The notes under the pieces were generated by a model. It saw only the letters and a program-made list of their open reading frames with translations. It ran no database searches and was not told the DNA's origin. The position numbers were made by a program, and so were the translations under genes. Shown one piece after another: positions 53,674 to 62,472 of a stretch of 64,000 nt of DNA (positions are counted from its first letter, which is position 1; each line of letters starts with the position of its first letter). The DNA is from a virus. The stretch lies in the IMG/VR virus record IMGVR_UViG_3300027908_000024, positions 12,860 through 76,859 of that record; one strand, written 5' to 3'.

Positions 53674-55154
53674 AATTTTGCCTCCGATCCCCAGACTTCA
53701 TCGAAGCCATCAGGCTCTGCCAGATCGGGCAGTTCGTTGATCTTCTTGTACTTTCCCGAAAGAGCAACGTCCCATCTCTTTTTCGTGAACGCGATGGAAG
53801 GCTCGTCAATGCCAAGACGTTTCAGTTCGCTCTCAACCTCCGGCCATTTCTCCTTCATGCCCGTGATGTCCGGCATCGGCAGGCGCTTCTTCCTGGCATG
53901 ATCGGTCAGTGCCACAGTACGGAAGTCCTTGTAATCTCCGGCACCGGAGGGGAAAGACAGGCCGTTGTCGATCAGGACCAATTTATCCTCTCCGGTCAGC
54001 ATCCAGTTGGCCCAATGGCGATCGCCGTTGCCGGTCAGGTAATCAAAAAGCGCTGCGCGAGCAAGGTCATGCTCGCCGTCGTATTCGTCGCCGACATGGA
54101 AGTGAACTGCTTCCTTGGCACCGCTGACCCATTGCTGAATACTGCCCTGTTTGCCGTCGTGCTCCCTTACAGCCGTGGCTGGCACCAGATCGGCAAAGCC
54201 AAGCAGATCGGCCACCGCGCTGCTGGCCGCTTCCCGTAGATAATAGGTGCCAGCCTTGATGCCGTCACGAAGTCCAGGATCTTCGCCATCGACTGGTTTC
54301 CAGACACCGACCGTGCCGTCCTCCAGTTGGACCTTTTCGCTCTTGTTGGCACCACCGCCCAGGTTGGTTGCCTTGGCGATCGGCGAAGTGGTCAGGCGCT
54401 CCAGAACTTCTGGCCGTGATGGCGTGCTGGCCTCAGATGGGCCAGAAGTCTTCTTGGCGGCGGCGCGTTTTTGTTCGAGGTAGTCTTTTCCTTGCTGAAG
54501 CGCTTCTGCCTTGCCAAGGCTCCAATCCGAACCATCGATTTCTTCGCCGGTTTCGTTGTCGAATGCTGCCCAGCGGAACACGGGTCCGGATTCGTGATTG
54601 CCCTTCTGGAGAATCACCTGTTCGGTGATGTCTCCCTCGGAGTTGGTGATATGACCTAACTCAGCGCCGCCGGCATAGGTGACGTTCTCAGGATCGATCT
54701 CGGGCGCAACAGCCGGTGGCGTGACGGCCGTGGGGTTTGTCTGCGAGGGCTGAACATCGACCACGGGTTGAGCGGGACCGGTTTTGTCGGGCTGCGCTTC
54801 CGCTACAGCATGCGCAGCCGGTGCCGGCTGCTGCGCCTGACCATTCGGCGAACACGGATGCCCCAACTCATCATGAAACCGGTTCGGATTGCCATGTTCG
54901 TTCCGCTCACAAGATTTCGTGACCGAACGGCCATGCTCATCACGCGCTGAAGGCTCATCACTCTTCGGCGCTTCTACCTTGGGCTTCGGCTTCTTGCGAT
55001 CACCGATCCGCCGGCCATGCTCGTCACGAACCTCCAGCGCCAGGCCGATCATCTTGGCGATGCAATCGGCCTCCAGGTCGTCGCCGATGAAGCGCTCAGC
55101 GGCGGATCGTTTCGATTTGCTCTCTTCCTTGTCGGTAGGCACAGCGGTTGCCAT
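53670..55154 (-). CDS. RDEHG-repeat protein with a C-terminal PI3/4-kinase/HipA-like kinase domain
   Basis: GVWKP, YYLREAAS...LVPAT, GSIQQWV, FDYLTGNGDRHWANW, VLIDNGLSF. Confidence 0.8.
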   Translation of the reverse strand: MATAVPTDKEESKSKRSAAERFIGDDLEADCIAKMIGLALEVRDEHGRRIGDRKKPKPKVEAPKSDEPSARDEHGRSVTKSCERNEHGNPNRFHDELGHPCSPNGQAQQPAPAAHAVAEAQPDKTGPAQPVVDVQPSQTNPTAVTPPAVAPEIDPENVTYAGGAELGHITNSEGDITEQVILQKGNHESGPVFRWAAFDNETGEEIDGSDWSLGKAEALQQGKDYLEQKRAAAKKTSGPSEASTPSRPEVLERLTTSPIAKATNLGGGANKSEKVQLEDGTVGVWKPVDGEDPGLRDGIKAGTYYLREAASSAVADLLGFADLVPATAVREHDGKQGSIQQWVSGAKEAVHFHVGDEYDGEHDLARAALFDYLTGNGDRHWANWMLTGEDKLVLIDNGLSFPSGAGDYKDFRTVALTDHARKKRLPMPDITGMKEKWPEVESELKRLGIDEPSIAFTKKRWDVALSGKYKKINELPDLAEPDGFDEVWGSEAKL

Positions 55155-55156
55155 GA

Positions 55157-58100
55157 TTAAACCTCCTCCAGAAAGACGAGCATCTTGGCACGCTTCGATC
55201 CGTAGCCATCGGAATTCTTGATCGCAATATCCTCGCGGACGCTGACGATCTTGTAGCGCGTGCCAGCCGCCTGGATAACCTCGTCCTCACCCTTGTTCTC
55301 CGAGATGGGATCGACAAACAATCCCGTCTTGGCCTTGATAGCGAAGAAGAACCGGCCGTAGCCGTTATCGGTGGAGAAAGTATCCCAGGCATACTTGGCG
55401 TTCAGGCTCGAAGAGGCGATGAAGCCCATCTCGAAATCGGCCCCGGTGTCGCGCGCCTTCTCGATAGCGCTCACCAGTGCATCATGGGACGCCTTCCTGG
55501 ATGGACCAACGCCACGAAACAGCGCGTTGACCGTATCGGGCAACGGCCCAGCTTCCCGGATGGCGCTCTGGATTGCATCAAAGGTAGCGCGATCACGGGA
55601 GTCCAGACAGTTGAACTCAGGTGGGCAACTCTTCAGTTTGTCGTTGAACTGCTTGTAATCTGATCCAGTATAGAACCGGATGGCGCTTTTCTGTTCGCTC
55701 GACAGACTGTCCAGATGGTCCTCGAAATCACGGAATACGGCAGCGATGCTGGGTTTGGCCGGCATGCGGAACACGGCAGCAGACATTTCCTCTTCGGTCC
55801 AGTGTTCCGTCTTGTCTGGTGTGTCGCCCTCGTCGTCGTAATCGGACCCGCTATAACTGATGTCGTCATCGGGCGGCTCGGGCTCAGGCTCATCGTTCTC
55901 TTCCGCATAGGATCGTCCATCCGATTTCGCCTCGCTCCTGTCATTCGTCCAACTGCCGGTTTCCAGTTCGTTTCCTGATTCATCTTCGGCAACCCAGCGG
56001 TAAACATCGATCGGTTCGGAATCCTCTCTGTCTGGGAACGGGTTATAGGTTCCATGTTCCAGATAGACAGAAAACTTTTCCGATTCATCGTATGCCTGGT
56101 AGGTCGTGTAATCGGCCAGGTAATCGCGGTCCTCGTATTCAACCTCGCTCTCGTCAATCGAGCCGTCCCATTCGCCGTTCTCCTCCTGTTCTTTCTTCTT
56201 TGCATTGGTCTTGTCGATCTCTTTCTGTTTGGCCATCAGTTGATGCAGTTTTTCCTGCGCCTGAGACAGCACGTCCGGCATGCTGACGGACCACTCGCCG
56301 TTGAGGCGCAGAGTTCCCTCATGGTCGTGGACTTCCCAGCGATGAACGGTCTGGCCGTTGACAGTGCTTGACTGAATGCTGATCGTGGCCTTGGTTTCGC
56401 CGTCGGCATCCACGACCTTGCCGGCAACACCGCCGGCTTCTTCCTTGGCTGGTTCTGGCTTGTTGGCGGCGGCCGTCTGTTTCTTCAATTCTGCCTCAAC
56501 GGCCGCGACGGCTTCTGACTTATCGGCCGTCCATTCGCCGGTTGCCAACACCTTGTCCTTCTTGTCAACCACGTCCCAACTGAATACCGACGTTCCATCA
56601 TGATCTCCGGTGATCAGCATGCCGTAGGCAAGCGAAGCGCCCTTGTCATCGAATGCCGTTGCCTGGTATTCGGAACTGGTTATCTTTACCTTCTCTGGAT
56701 CAATGACCGGAATGGCGAACGGCAGATCGCTGGGTTTTTGATTCGCCTGCTGGTTCAGTTCCTCTTCCGCGCCAGCAAAAGTGGCCAGCGCTTGCGATGG
56801 AGCCTGTCCGGCAGGATTGGCCGGAGCGGACTGTTGCGCGTTGGGATTCTTGGCCGGAACCACATGGTTCTCATCGTTGAGCGTGAACCAACGTCCGCTC
56901 GGACCCTGCCAGACCTCGCCTGGCTTTTTTGGCGCATCGTCCTTGACGCGCAGGATCAACCGCCCGTGTTCGTCTCGGGTCGGACTGGTTCCTGGCTCGG
57001 TTGCGAAGAGGCTTTCTGCTCGGCTTTTCGCCGTGCCGTTTCGGCCGTGACTTCCGGCATCAGTTCCGGCCTGGCTTCTGCCTTGTCGGTGAGTTCCTTC
57101 AGGAGCGCCTGTTGGTCGTCCGTGAGCGTCCCGCCCTGGCCAAGATGCTGCTTTATCTGGTCGAGATTGTAGGCGTCGAGCATGAATTGCTTCTCGGCCG
57201 ACAAGCCCTTCTGCGATGTCAGCGGGAATTTTTCCGGATTCATATAGTCCGACAGTTTCATCGGTCAGTTCCTTCAGAAGTGCTTCTTCATCGTGGTTCT
57301 GTGCTTCCAGATACTTGACGGCTTCTTGCCTGTCCTCGATGAGCCTTGCCTTGCCGAGTCCCTGATTGTTGTCGATCACGTTGGCCGGTAGATCGGTTCG
57401 GCGCTTCAAGAGATCGATCGCGGTCTTTCTGGCGCTGATGTTGGCCTTGACGGCTATGCGGATCGGCACCGTGCGGGCTGGCTGGCCCTGTTGTCTGGCC
57501 TGAAGCGCTCTACTCACCACGCCGCGCCAGGCTTCTCTTGGTTCTCTGTCAACGAAAGTATACTGTGCGTCGAAGCCTTCCTTAATTGCCAGGTCCAGGT
57601 CCTGCTCCACCTTCCTCGGATCAGCCCCGACCTGATCATAACGCAACGGGTAATCGGCTGCATCGAAGAACTGACCCAGCGCTGTGCCCTTCCCAGAACC
57701 GCCGCCGCCGGAAAGCACCATGACGGTGTTGTTTCCCGATCCCTTCATCTCCTTCAAAAGTTCGCTGTAGAGCTGATAGTTCGCCTCGCCGGCCGCGCTC
57801 TGAAACAACGCCGCGTTGGTGCCCTGATAACCTGGAAACAGGTCGCGCCACTGATCGGTATCAAGGCAGACGCTCTTGAGCTTGTCGCCGTCGAACGTCC
57901 CCTGGCGCCGAAGGTATTCCTGGCGCAGGTAGGGGAATTCCTGCTGGGAAATCCTCTCAGCCTCTGCCTTGATCGTGCTGTCGTCAACCTTCGGCCGGCC
58001 GTGCTCGTCGCGGTCGTGGTTTGTGGCCGACAGATCAGAAGTTCCATCCTGGGTCGCGTTTTGCTGTTCGTTGGGATTCTTGGCCGGGACAACGTGATTT

Positions 58101-58231
58101 TGATCGCTGAGCGTAAACCATCTTCCAGACGGCCCCTGCCAGACTTCTCCCTGACGTTTGGGAGTGTTGTCCTTGCGCAAACCGGCAAGAGAATCTCTCT
58201 TGGCTCTTTCTTGGATGGTTGCGCTGGTCAT
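55157..58231 (-). CDS. Polyvalent protein: zeta-toxin-like P-loop kinase plus C-terminal ADP-ribosyltransferase (VIP2/Alt-like R-S-E clade)
   Basis: VMVLSGGGGSGKGT (P-loop); AIRFYTGSDYKQFNDKL, LFRGV, FIASSS, GEDEVI. Confidence 0.85.
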   Translation of the reverse strand: MTSATIQERAKRDSLAGLRKDNTPKRQGEVWQGPSGRWFTLSDQNHVVPAKNPNEQQNATQDGTSDLSATNHDRDEHGRPKVDDSTIKAEAERISQQEFPYLRQEYLRRQGTFDGDKLKSVCLDTDQWRDLFPGYQGTNAALFQSAAGEANYQLYSELLKEMKGSGNNTVMVLSGGGGSGKGTALGQFFDAADYPLRYDQVGADPRKVEQDLDLAIKEGFDAQYTFVDREPREAWRGVVSRALQARQQGQPARTVPIRIAVKANISARKTAIDLLKRRTDLPANVIDNNQGLGKARLIEDRQEAVKYLEAQNHDEEALLKELTDETVGLYESGKIPADIAEGLVGREAIHARRLQSRPDKAASWPGRDAHGRPTGAPEGTHRQGRSQAGTDAGSHGRNGTAKSRAESLFATEPGTSPTRDEHGRLILRVKDDAPKKPGEVWQGPSGRWFTLNDENHVVPAKNPNAQQSAPANPAGQAPSQALATFAGAEEELNQQANQKPSDLPFAIPVIDPEKVKITSSEYQATAFDDKGASLAYGMLITGDHDGTSVFSWDVVDKKDKVLATGEWTADKSEAVAAVEAELKKQTAAANKPEPAKEEAGGVAGKVVDADGETKATISIQSSTVNGQTVHRWEVHDHEGTLRLNGEWSVSMPDVLSQAQEKLHQLMAKQKEIDKTNAKKKEQEENGEWDGSIDESEVEYEDRDYLADYTTYQAYDESEKFSVYLEHGTYNPFPDREDSEPIDVYRWVAEDESGNELETGSWTNDRSEAKSDGRSYAEENDEPEPEPPDDDISYSGSDYDDEGDTPDKTEHWTEEEMSAAVFRMPAKPSIAAVFRDFEDHLDSLSSEQKSAIRFYTGSDYKQFNDKLKSCPPEFNCLDSRDRATFDAIQSAIREAGPLPDTVNALFRGVGPSRKASHDALVSAIEKARDTGADFEMGFIASSSLNAKYAWDTFSTDNGYGRFFFAIKAKTGLFVDPISENKGEDEVIQAAGTRYKIVSVREDIAIKNSDGYGSKRAKMLVFLEEV
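56956..57261 (-). CDS. Nested out-of-frame ORF inside the 1024-aa gene, candidate antitoxin for the zeta-like domain
   Basis: 101 aa with a protein-like composition, AAGGA RBS 7 nt upstream, starting exactly at the end of the P-loop domain. Confidence 0.55.
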   Translation of the reverse strand: MKLSDYMNPEKFPLTSQKGLSAEKQFMLDAYNLDQIKQHLGQGGTLTDDQQALLKELTDKAEARPELMPEVTAETARRKAEQKASSQPSQEPVRPETNTGG

Positions 58232-58294
58232 CGGATGTCCTCTGCCTGATCCGGAGAACGCAGAGAATACCCGGCGTGGGGGAGAGTTCGCAAG

Positions 58295-58600
58295 TCATCC
58301 GGCCGAACCTTGCTCTTCTTCCTCCATTCCCTCCAGTGCCATCTTGCCAATGTCGCGGACGATATGCGCTGCGTCTTGATGCGGGATCTTGAGAGCAACG
58401 AGCCATGCATGTATGTCATCGCCGGGATGTTTGGCACCAGCAAAGCTGAAGATGTTCACGTAGGCGTCCGGCAAAACCTCCTTGGCGCGCTGGCGAGCAA
58501 TCCGCAACGCCTCATCACGCGGCTTGTCAGACCAGCCAAGGATGCTGACGTTCTGATCGACGACATCGACGGCCAGCATCATCCAGAAGTTTTCGGGCAT
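58295..58600 (-). CDS. Hypothetical protein
   Basis: About 101 aa from MPENFW. Confidence 0.55.
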   Translation of the reverse strand: MPENFWMMLAVDVVDQNVSILGWSDKPRDEALRIARQRAKEVLPDAYVNIFSFAGAKHPGDDIHAWLVALKIPHQDAAHIVRDIGKMALEGMEEEEQGSAG

Positions 58601-58608
58601 GGGGTTGG

Positions 58609-58827
58609 TCACAGAATATTCTCCCGTTCCGAGCATTGCCAGCGCTCAATCTCGCGGAGCGTGAAACCGTCGTGCTCAAGCTCTGAGCGGAATCTGTTGA
58701 ATGCTTCCTCGGTAAAATCCATCTCCACATGATCAGAGATCATGGCGAAGACATCGAACAGATCCTTCGAGAAACCGGCAAGATCGTGAGGCCAGACGCA
58801 GAATGAATAGGTATAGAGGTTTGTCAT
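58609..58827 (-). CDS. Hypothetical protein
   Basis: 72 aa from MTNLYTY, 4-nt overlap with the upstream gene. Confidence 0.55.
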   Translation of the reverse strand: MTNLYTYSFCVWPHDLAGFSKDLFDVFAMISDHVEMDFTEEAFNRFRSELEHDGFTLREIERWQCSERENIL

Positions 58828-59018
58828 TGTCTCGCAGCCTCCATCTCCTGCGCACGACGTTTCCATACTTCAGCCAATTCCTCGTGGAGATCCAACAGCA
58901 CTTCGCGGCCACGTCCGCGAATCGCTGGAGAGGTTGCCAAGAGATCAAGAACAAACTTCGCGCCACGAAGTTGCTCGGTTGTCAGGTCGGGTAGTGTCCT
59001 AAGATTGCTGTTCGTCAC
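58824..59018 (-). CDS. Hypothetical protein
   Basis: 64 aa, coupled overlaps. Confidence 0.5.
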   Translation of the reverse strand: MTNSNLRTLPDLTTEQLRGAKFVLDLLATSPAIRGRGREVLLDLHEELAEVWKRRAQEMEAARQ

Positions 59019-59389
59019 GGCTTGTCATCCTCCACCACACACAACAGCGCTGCCAGGCAAATATCGTCTGGCGTCATGCAGCGCAAGATGCTCGACAACT
59101 CGGCAATGCCGTTTTTCAACTCAAGGCGAATCGTAACCGCTTCTTGCAGCTTGCTAATGTAGGCCATTGCTTCTGAATAACAACGGCTACTGGCCATCTT
59201 CTGGTGGACCAACCAGGCATCTTCGATGTAAAGAGACGGTCGCCAGATGCCAACTACCAGACCAGGACTGCCGTACCAATACATGTGATCCGGCGTCTCT
59301 TTCCAGCCCATGACCAGTTCGGCCACCAGGCGAGACTTGGAGAAGGTGTCCGGGATCGGCCAGAGGGCGAGAAGTTCATTTCGCGTCAT
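59015..59389 (-). CDS. Phage ABA-sandwich-like domain protein
   Basis: WRPSLYIEDAWLVHQKM...ICLAAL pattern. Confidence 0.55.
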   Translation of the reverse strand: MTRNELLALWPIPDTFSKSRLVAELVMGWKETPDHMYWYGSPGLVVGIWRPSLYIEDAWLVHQKMASSRCYSEAMAYISKLQEAVTIRLELKNGIAELSSILRCMTPDDICLAALLCVVEDDKP

Positions 59390-59618
59390 CGGTTTTCTTC
59401 CTCTTGTTCAGTTCCACCATTGTCATGACGCCGTAGGCGAAGGCGAAGTTGAAGAGCGACCGAACGTCGCGATTCTCCGGATCAAGATGGAAGGTGTCAG
59501 AGATGGATTTCTTCACCGCCTCAATGCGTTCCGGGTCGCTTCTGAACAAGGCCCAGGCCATGTCGCAGATCACGTCCGTTGTGGTTTTTCCAGTGCCGAT
59601 ATTTTCGTCGTCATTCAT
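59376..59618 (-). CDS. Hypothetical protein
   Basis: 80 aa from MNDDEN. Confidence 0.5.
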   Translation of the reverse strand: MNDDENIGTGKTTTDVICDMAWALFRSDPERIEAVKKSISDTFHLDPENRDVRSLFNFAFAYGVMTMVELNKRKKTDDAK

Positions 59619-59829
59619 CTTCTTGCTCCAGTGCTTCTTCGATGGCCTTGATCCACTGTTTCTGTTCCTCGACGGCGTATTCAACCTTGAGGCTCAACTG
59701 CGTCTTTTCCAGATCATTGAGCGGTTCGGCACGCCATCTGGTTGTTTCTTGATGTGCCTCATAGGCGGCTTGGCCCAACTCGCCGATGCGGCCAAGCGCT
59801 AGACGGATCATTGATTTGAGGTTATTCAT
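59611..59829 (-). CDS. Hypothetical protein
   Basis: 72 aa, helical, coupled. Confidence 0.5.
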   Translation of the reverse strand: MNNLKSMIRLALGRIGELGQAAYEAHQETTRWRAEPLNDLEKTQLSLKVEYAVEEQKQWIKAIEEALEQEDE

Positions 59830-60773
59830 GCGGCATGCACCGTGGTTCTCAACCGATCCGCCAACGCGCCGATCTCTTCAGCCATGACCAGATTCATCAG
59901 CCACTCTCTCGGGATGCCATCTTCCCCGTAGTAGGCACCGGCCAGTTGCCCGACCACGGCAGCGGTGGTATCCGCATCATCGCCCAGATTGGCGGCAAGC
60001 AAGACAGCATCTCGGAAGTTGTCGGTCTTCAGGAAGCACCAGCAAGCCGCCTCCAGACAATCCACCACATAGCCGGAGCCGCTAATCTGGTCAATGGTCT
60101 TTTCCCGGTAGTCGCCCTTAAATATCCCCTGAATTTTTGGTGCGAGCGGCTTGACTTCTAGGAAGTCGAAATAGTCATCCTCGAACAGCAGATCATGCTT
60201 GCTGTTGCCCGACAGCGCGGCGAAAATCAGATCGCACAACAGCCGACAAGCATCGAGGCACAGCACGGAACCATGCGTAGTGCGCGAACTATCTTGCGCA
60301 GCCGCGATGGCGGCTGGCAAGCCCCGCCCGAGGTAGAACATCGGGATCGGTGCCAGTCGCATCAACGAACCGTTGCCCGAAGTGTTGAGATCCGTCGAAC
60401 CGCTGAACGGATTACCGTTGGCCTCGAAATGTCGAAGTGCCCGCGCCGTCGTCTGGCCGATGTCGAAGCACTTTCCTGTGCTGGAACGGAAGCCATGCCG
60501 CCACCAGTCGAGGTAGCGCTTCATCTGATCGTGGGCGCTAAAGCCGCGATGTTCGATCAGCGAATCCGCCAGACACAGCGCCATGCTGGTATCGTCCGTC
60601 CATGCCCCCACGGGCAGATGGAACGGTCCACCACCAACCATGTCAGTGAGTGGCTCAAAACTACCACGCGACATAAATTCTACCGTGGTGCCGATCGCAT
60701 CACCGACCGCCAGGCCAAGCAGACAGCCACGGAAACGCGAGGCGAGTGAGGGGCTTTTGGTTTTCATCAGCAT
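59826..60773 (-). CDS. draG: ADP-ribosylglycohydrolase (DraG/ARH family)
   Basis: GCLLGLAVGDAIG, WTDDTSMA, GNGSLMRLAP, SSRTTH, GDDADTTAAVVGQLAGA. Confidence 0.92.
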   Translation of the reverse strand: MLMKTKSPSLASRFRGCLLGLAVGDAIGTTVEFMSRGSFEPLTDMVGGGPFHLPVGAWTDDTSMALCLADSLIEHRGFSAHDQMKRYLDWWRHGFRSSTGKCFDIGQTTARALRHFEANGNPFSGSTDLNTSGNGSLMRLAPIPMFYLGRGLPAAIAAAQDSSRTTHGSVLCLDACRLLCDLIFAALSGNSKHDLLFEDDYFDFLEVKPLAPKIQGIFKGDYREKTIDQISGSGYVVDCLEAACWCFLKTDNFRDAVLLAANLGDDADTTAAVVGQLAGAYYGEDGIPREWLMNLVMAEEIGALADRLRTTVHAA

Positions 60774-61054
60774 GCTCCCATTCTGCCACCGACATAGAGT
60801 CGGAAATCATTGGTGTCCATCTGCGGCCGTGCCACCACGTACTCTTGCCAGTTGTCGATCTGATCCTTGATCATCTCATCGGCGCTGGTGTGGAGCACGA
60901 ACAAGACTTCCTCAATAGAGCGATTGCGCGAACGGGCACGCCCAAAGAAATCTTCGTCAAGATCCTTGTGCATGAGTGCCACAGCATCGGCCGCTTGCGG
61001 ATAGGCGGCACGAAGCTGTTCGGCGGTAATTTCAGGGTTGTTGAACTCAATCAT
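60767..61054 (-). CDS. Hypothetical protein
   Basis: 95 aa, coupled. Confidence 0.55.
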   Translation of the reverse strand: MIEFNNPEITAEQLRAAYPQAADAVALMHKDLDEDFFGRARSRNRSIEEVLFVLHTSADEMIKDQIDNWQEYVVARPQMDTNDFRLYVGGRMGAC

Positions 61055-61299
61055 GCCATCCAGCCTTCCTTCGGTTTTCCTTCCATTGATTCCAGGATCT
61101 CATCAATCCTCTCATAGTCCTCGATTACATCCTGGCTGCCATCGGCATTGTTGATGCGGAGACAGGCCGGATAGCCACAACTGGCACAGCAATCATGGTT
61201 GGGGAAATCCTCATTGGAGCCGGCCGGGATGATCTCGCAGTATTTGAACCGGCCACAACCAGGACAGCACCAGGAGACGGTATCGGGAGACATTGCCAC
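61051..61299 (-). CDS. Small Zn-finger-like hypothetical protein
   Basis: CCPGCG...CCASCG. Confidence 0.55.
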   Translation of the reverse strand: MAMSPDTVSWCCPGCGRFKYCEIIPAGSNEDFPNHDCCASCGYPACLRINNADGSQDVIEDYERIDEILESMEGKPKEGWMA

Positions 61300-61307
61300 T
61301 CCAATTG

Positions 61308-61535
61308 TTATTCGATCCCGAGTCCCGGATATTGCGCCTTGATGAAATCACGGTTAGCCTGCGCATCGGCGAGGATCTTGATTCGGTCTGTTCCTGATGC
61401 CTGGACGTAGAGCAGAACCGCCAATCTGGCAGCGATCATCAGTTCAGTGCCGTTGATCGATCCGTGGCTAAAATTGTGGGCTTCAACCATCGTGTCCTCA
61501 ATTCTCATGTAGTGGAGAAACTCCTTCATCGTCAT
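61308..61535 (-). CDS. Hypothetical protein
   Basis: 75 aa, GAGGA RBS. Confidence 0.5.
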   Translation of the reverse strand: MTMKEFLHYMRIEDTMVEAHNFSHGSINGTELMIAARLAVLLYVQASGTDRIKILADAQANRDFIKAQYPGLGIE

Positions 61536-61741
61536 TCCTCCCCGGTCAGATCAGCGATCCTCACGCCCAGCGCCTTGGCCAACTTCCGCAGCGTATCAAT
61601 CTTGGGATTCTTCATGTCGCGCTCCAGTCTGGAGAGATCAACCTCGGTTCCGACCAGCGCGCTGAGATCGGACTGTCGCCAGCCGCGCGCCTCGCGAAGA
61701 TGGCGCAGACGCTGGCCGAAGCTGTCTTGCATAATGGTCAT
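61532..61741 (-). CDS. XRE-family HTH transcriptional regulator
   Basis: FGQRLRHLREARGWRQSDLS...LSRLERDMKNPKIDTLRKLAKALGV. Confidence 0.88.
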   Translation of the reverse strand: MTIMQDSFGQRLRHLREARGWRQSDLSALVGTEVDLSRLERDMKNPKIDTLRKLAKALGVRIADLTGEE

Positions 61742-61775
61742 CGGTGAACCTCAATGGTCAGTGGGCGAAGTCTCA

Positions 61776-62057
61776 TCACTTCGTGAAAATCCACGCCAGG
61801 AATTCTTCCAGGCCAATCATCATCTGCTCGCCTCCACTGCCCGGTGTATTGCCGTAGCGATAATCAACGCGCAGGATGCCATCCTCGATCCCGCTGGCCC
61901 ACCAATCGTTACCGGACTGGTTGAGTGCCCACTTGTAACCCGTGGGTTGCTCCGCCACGCCGTCATCGTGGCCGATGACGACCATCGCGATGCGGCGGAT
62001 GACGGCTTCTTCACCGGCCATGAGCCAGAGCGGACGGTTGACTGTAATCATGATCAT
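61776..62057 (-). CDS. Hypothetical protein
   Basis: 93 aa, GGAG RBS. Confidence 0.55.
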   Translation of the reverse strand: MIMITVNRPLWLMAGEEAVIRRIAMVVIGHDDGVAEQPTGYKWALNQSGNDWWASGIEDGILRVDYRYGNTPGSGGEQMMIGLEEFLAWIFTK

Positions 62058-62103
62058 GTCGAATCTCCTCTACCATATTGTTCGCCACCTGTCGCTGGAC
62101 ATT

Positions 62104-62472
62104 TTAACAGGGACTAAAATTATCCACATTCTCCCGATACCAGCGATCCGCTTCCACCAGCACCGTGAACGGATCGCGAGCCTGAACCGGAATCGATCCT
62201 GCGCAGACGCGCTCTCCATTGACATCGCGCACCAGCCAGCAACCGGCATGGTGATAGAAGGCGTGCCAGCCACGTCGCATCATCACGTCAAACGCCAACC
62301 GTGCCATCACCACGAATTCAAGGTCACTCTCTTGCGCGGAGCGCTTCTCGAACAGCCAGTCGTCGTTGCCGCTGACGATGAATTCCAGGCTCGCCGTCCT
62401 GCCGGCATCCGTCTCGACATCGAACCCGGTGATGAACCACGGTGCGGCGGTCAGTTTCGCTGGATCAAACAT
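62104..62472 (-). CDS. Hypothetical protein
   Basis: From MFDPAKLT; TGATG overlap with the upstream gene. Confidence 0.55.
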   Translation of the reverse strand: MFDPAKLTAAPWFITGFDVETDAGRTASLEFIVSGNDDWLFEKRSAQESDLEFVVMARLAFDVMMRRGWHAFYHHAGCWLVRDVNGERVCAGSIPVQARDPFTVLVEADRWYRENVDNFSPC

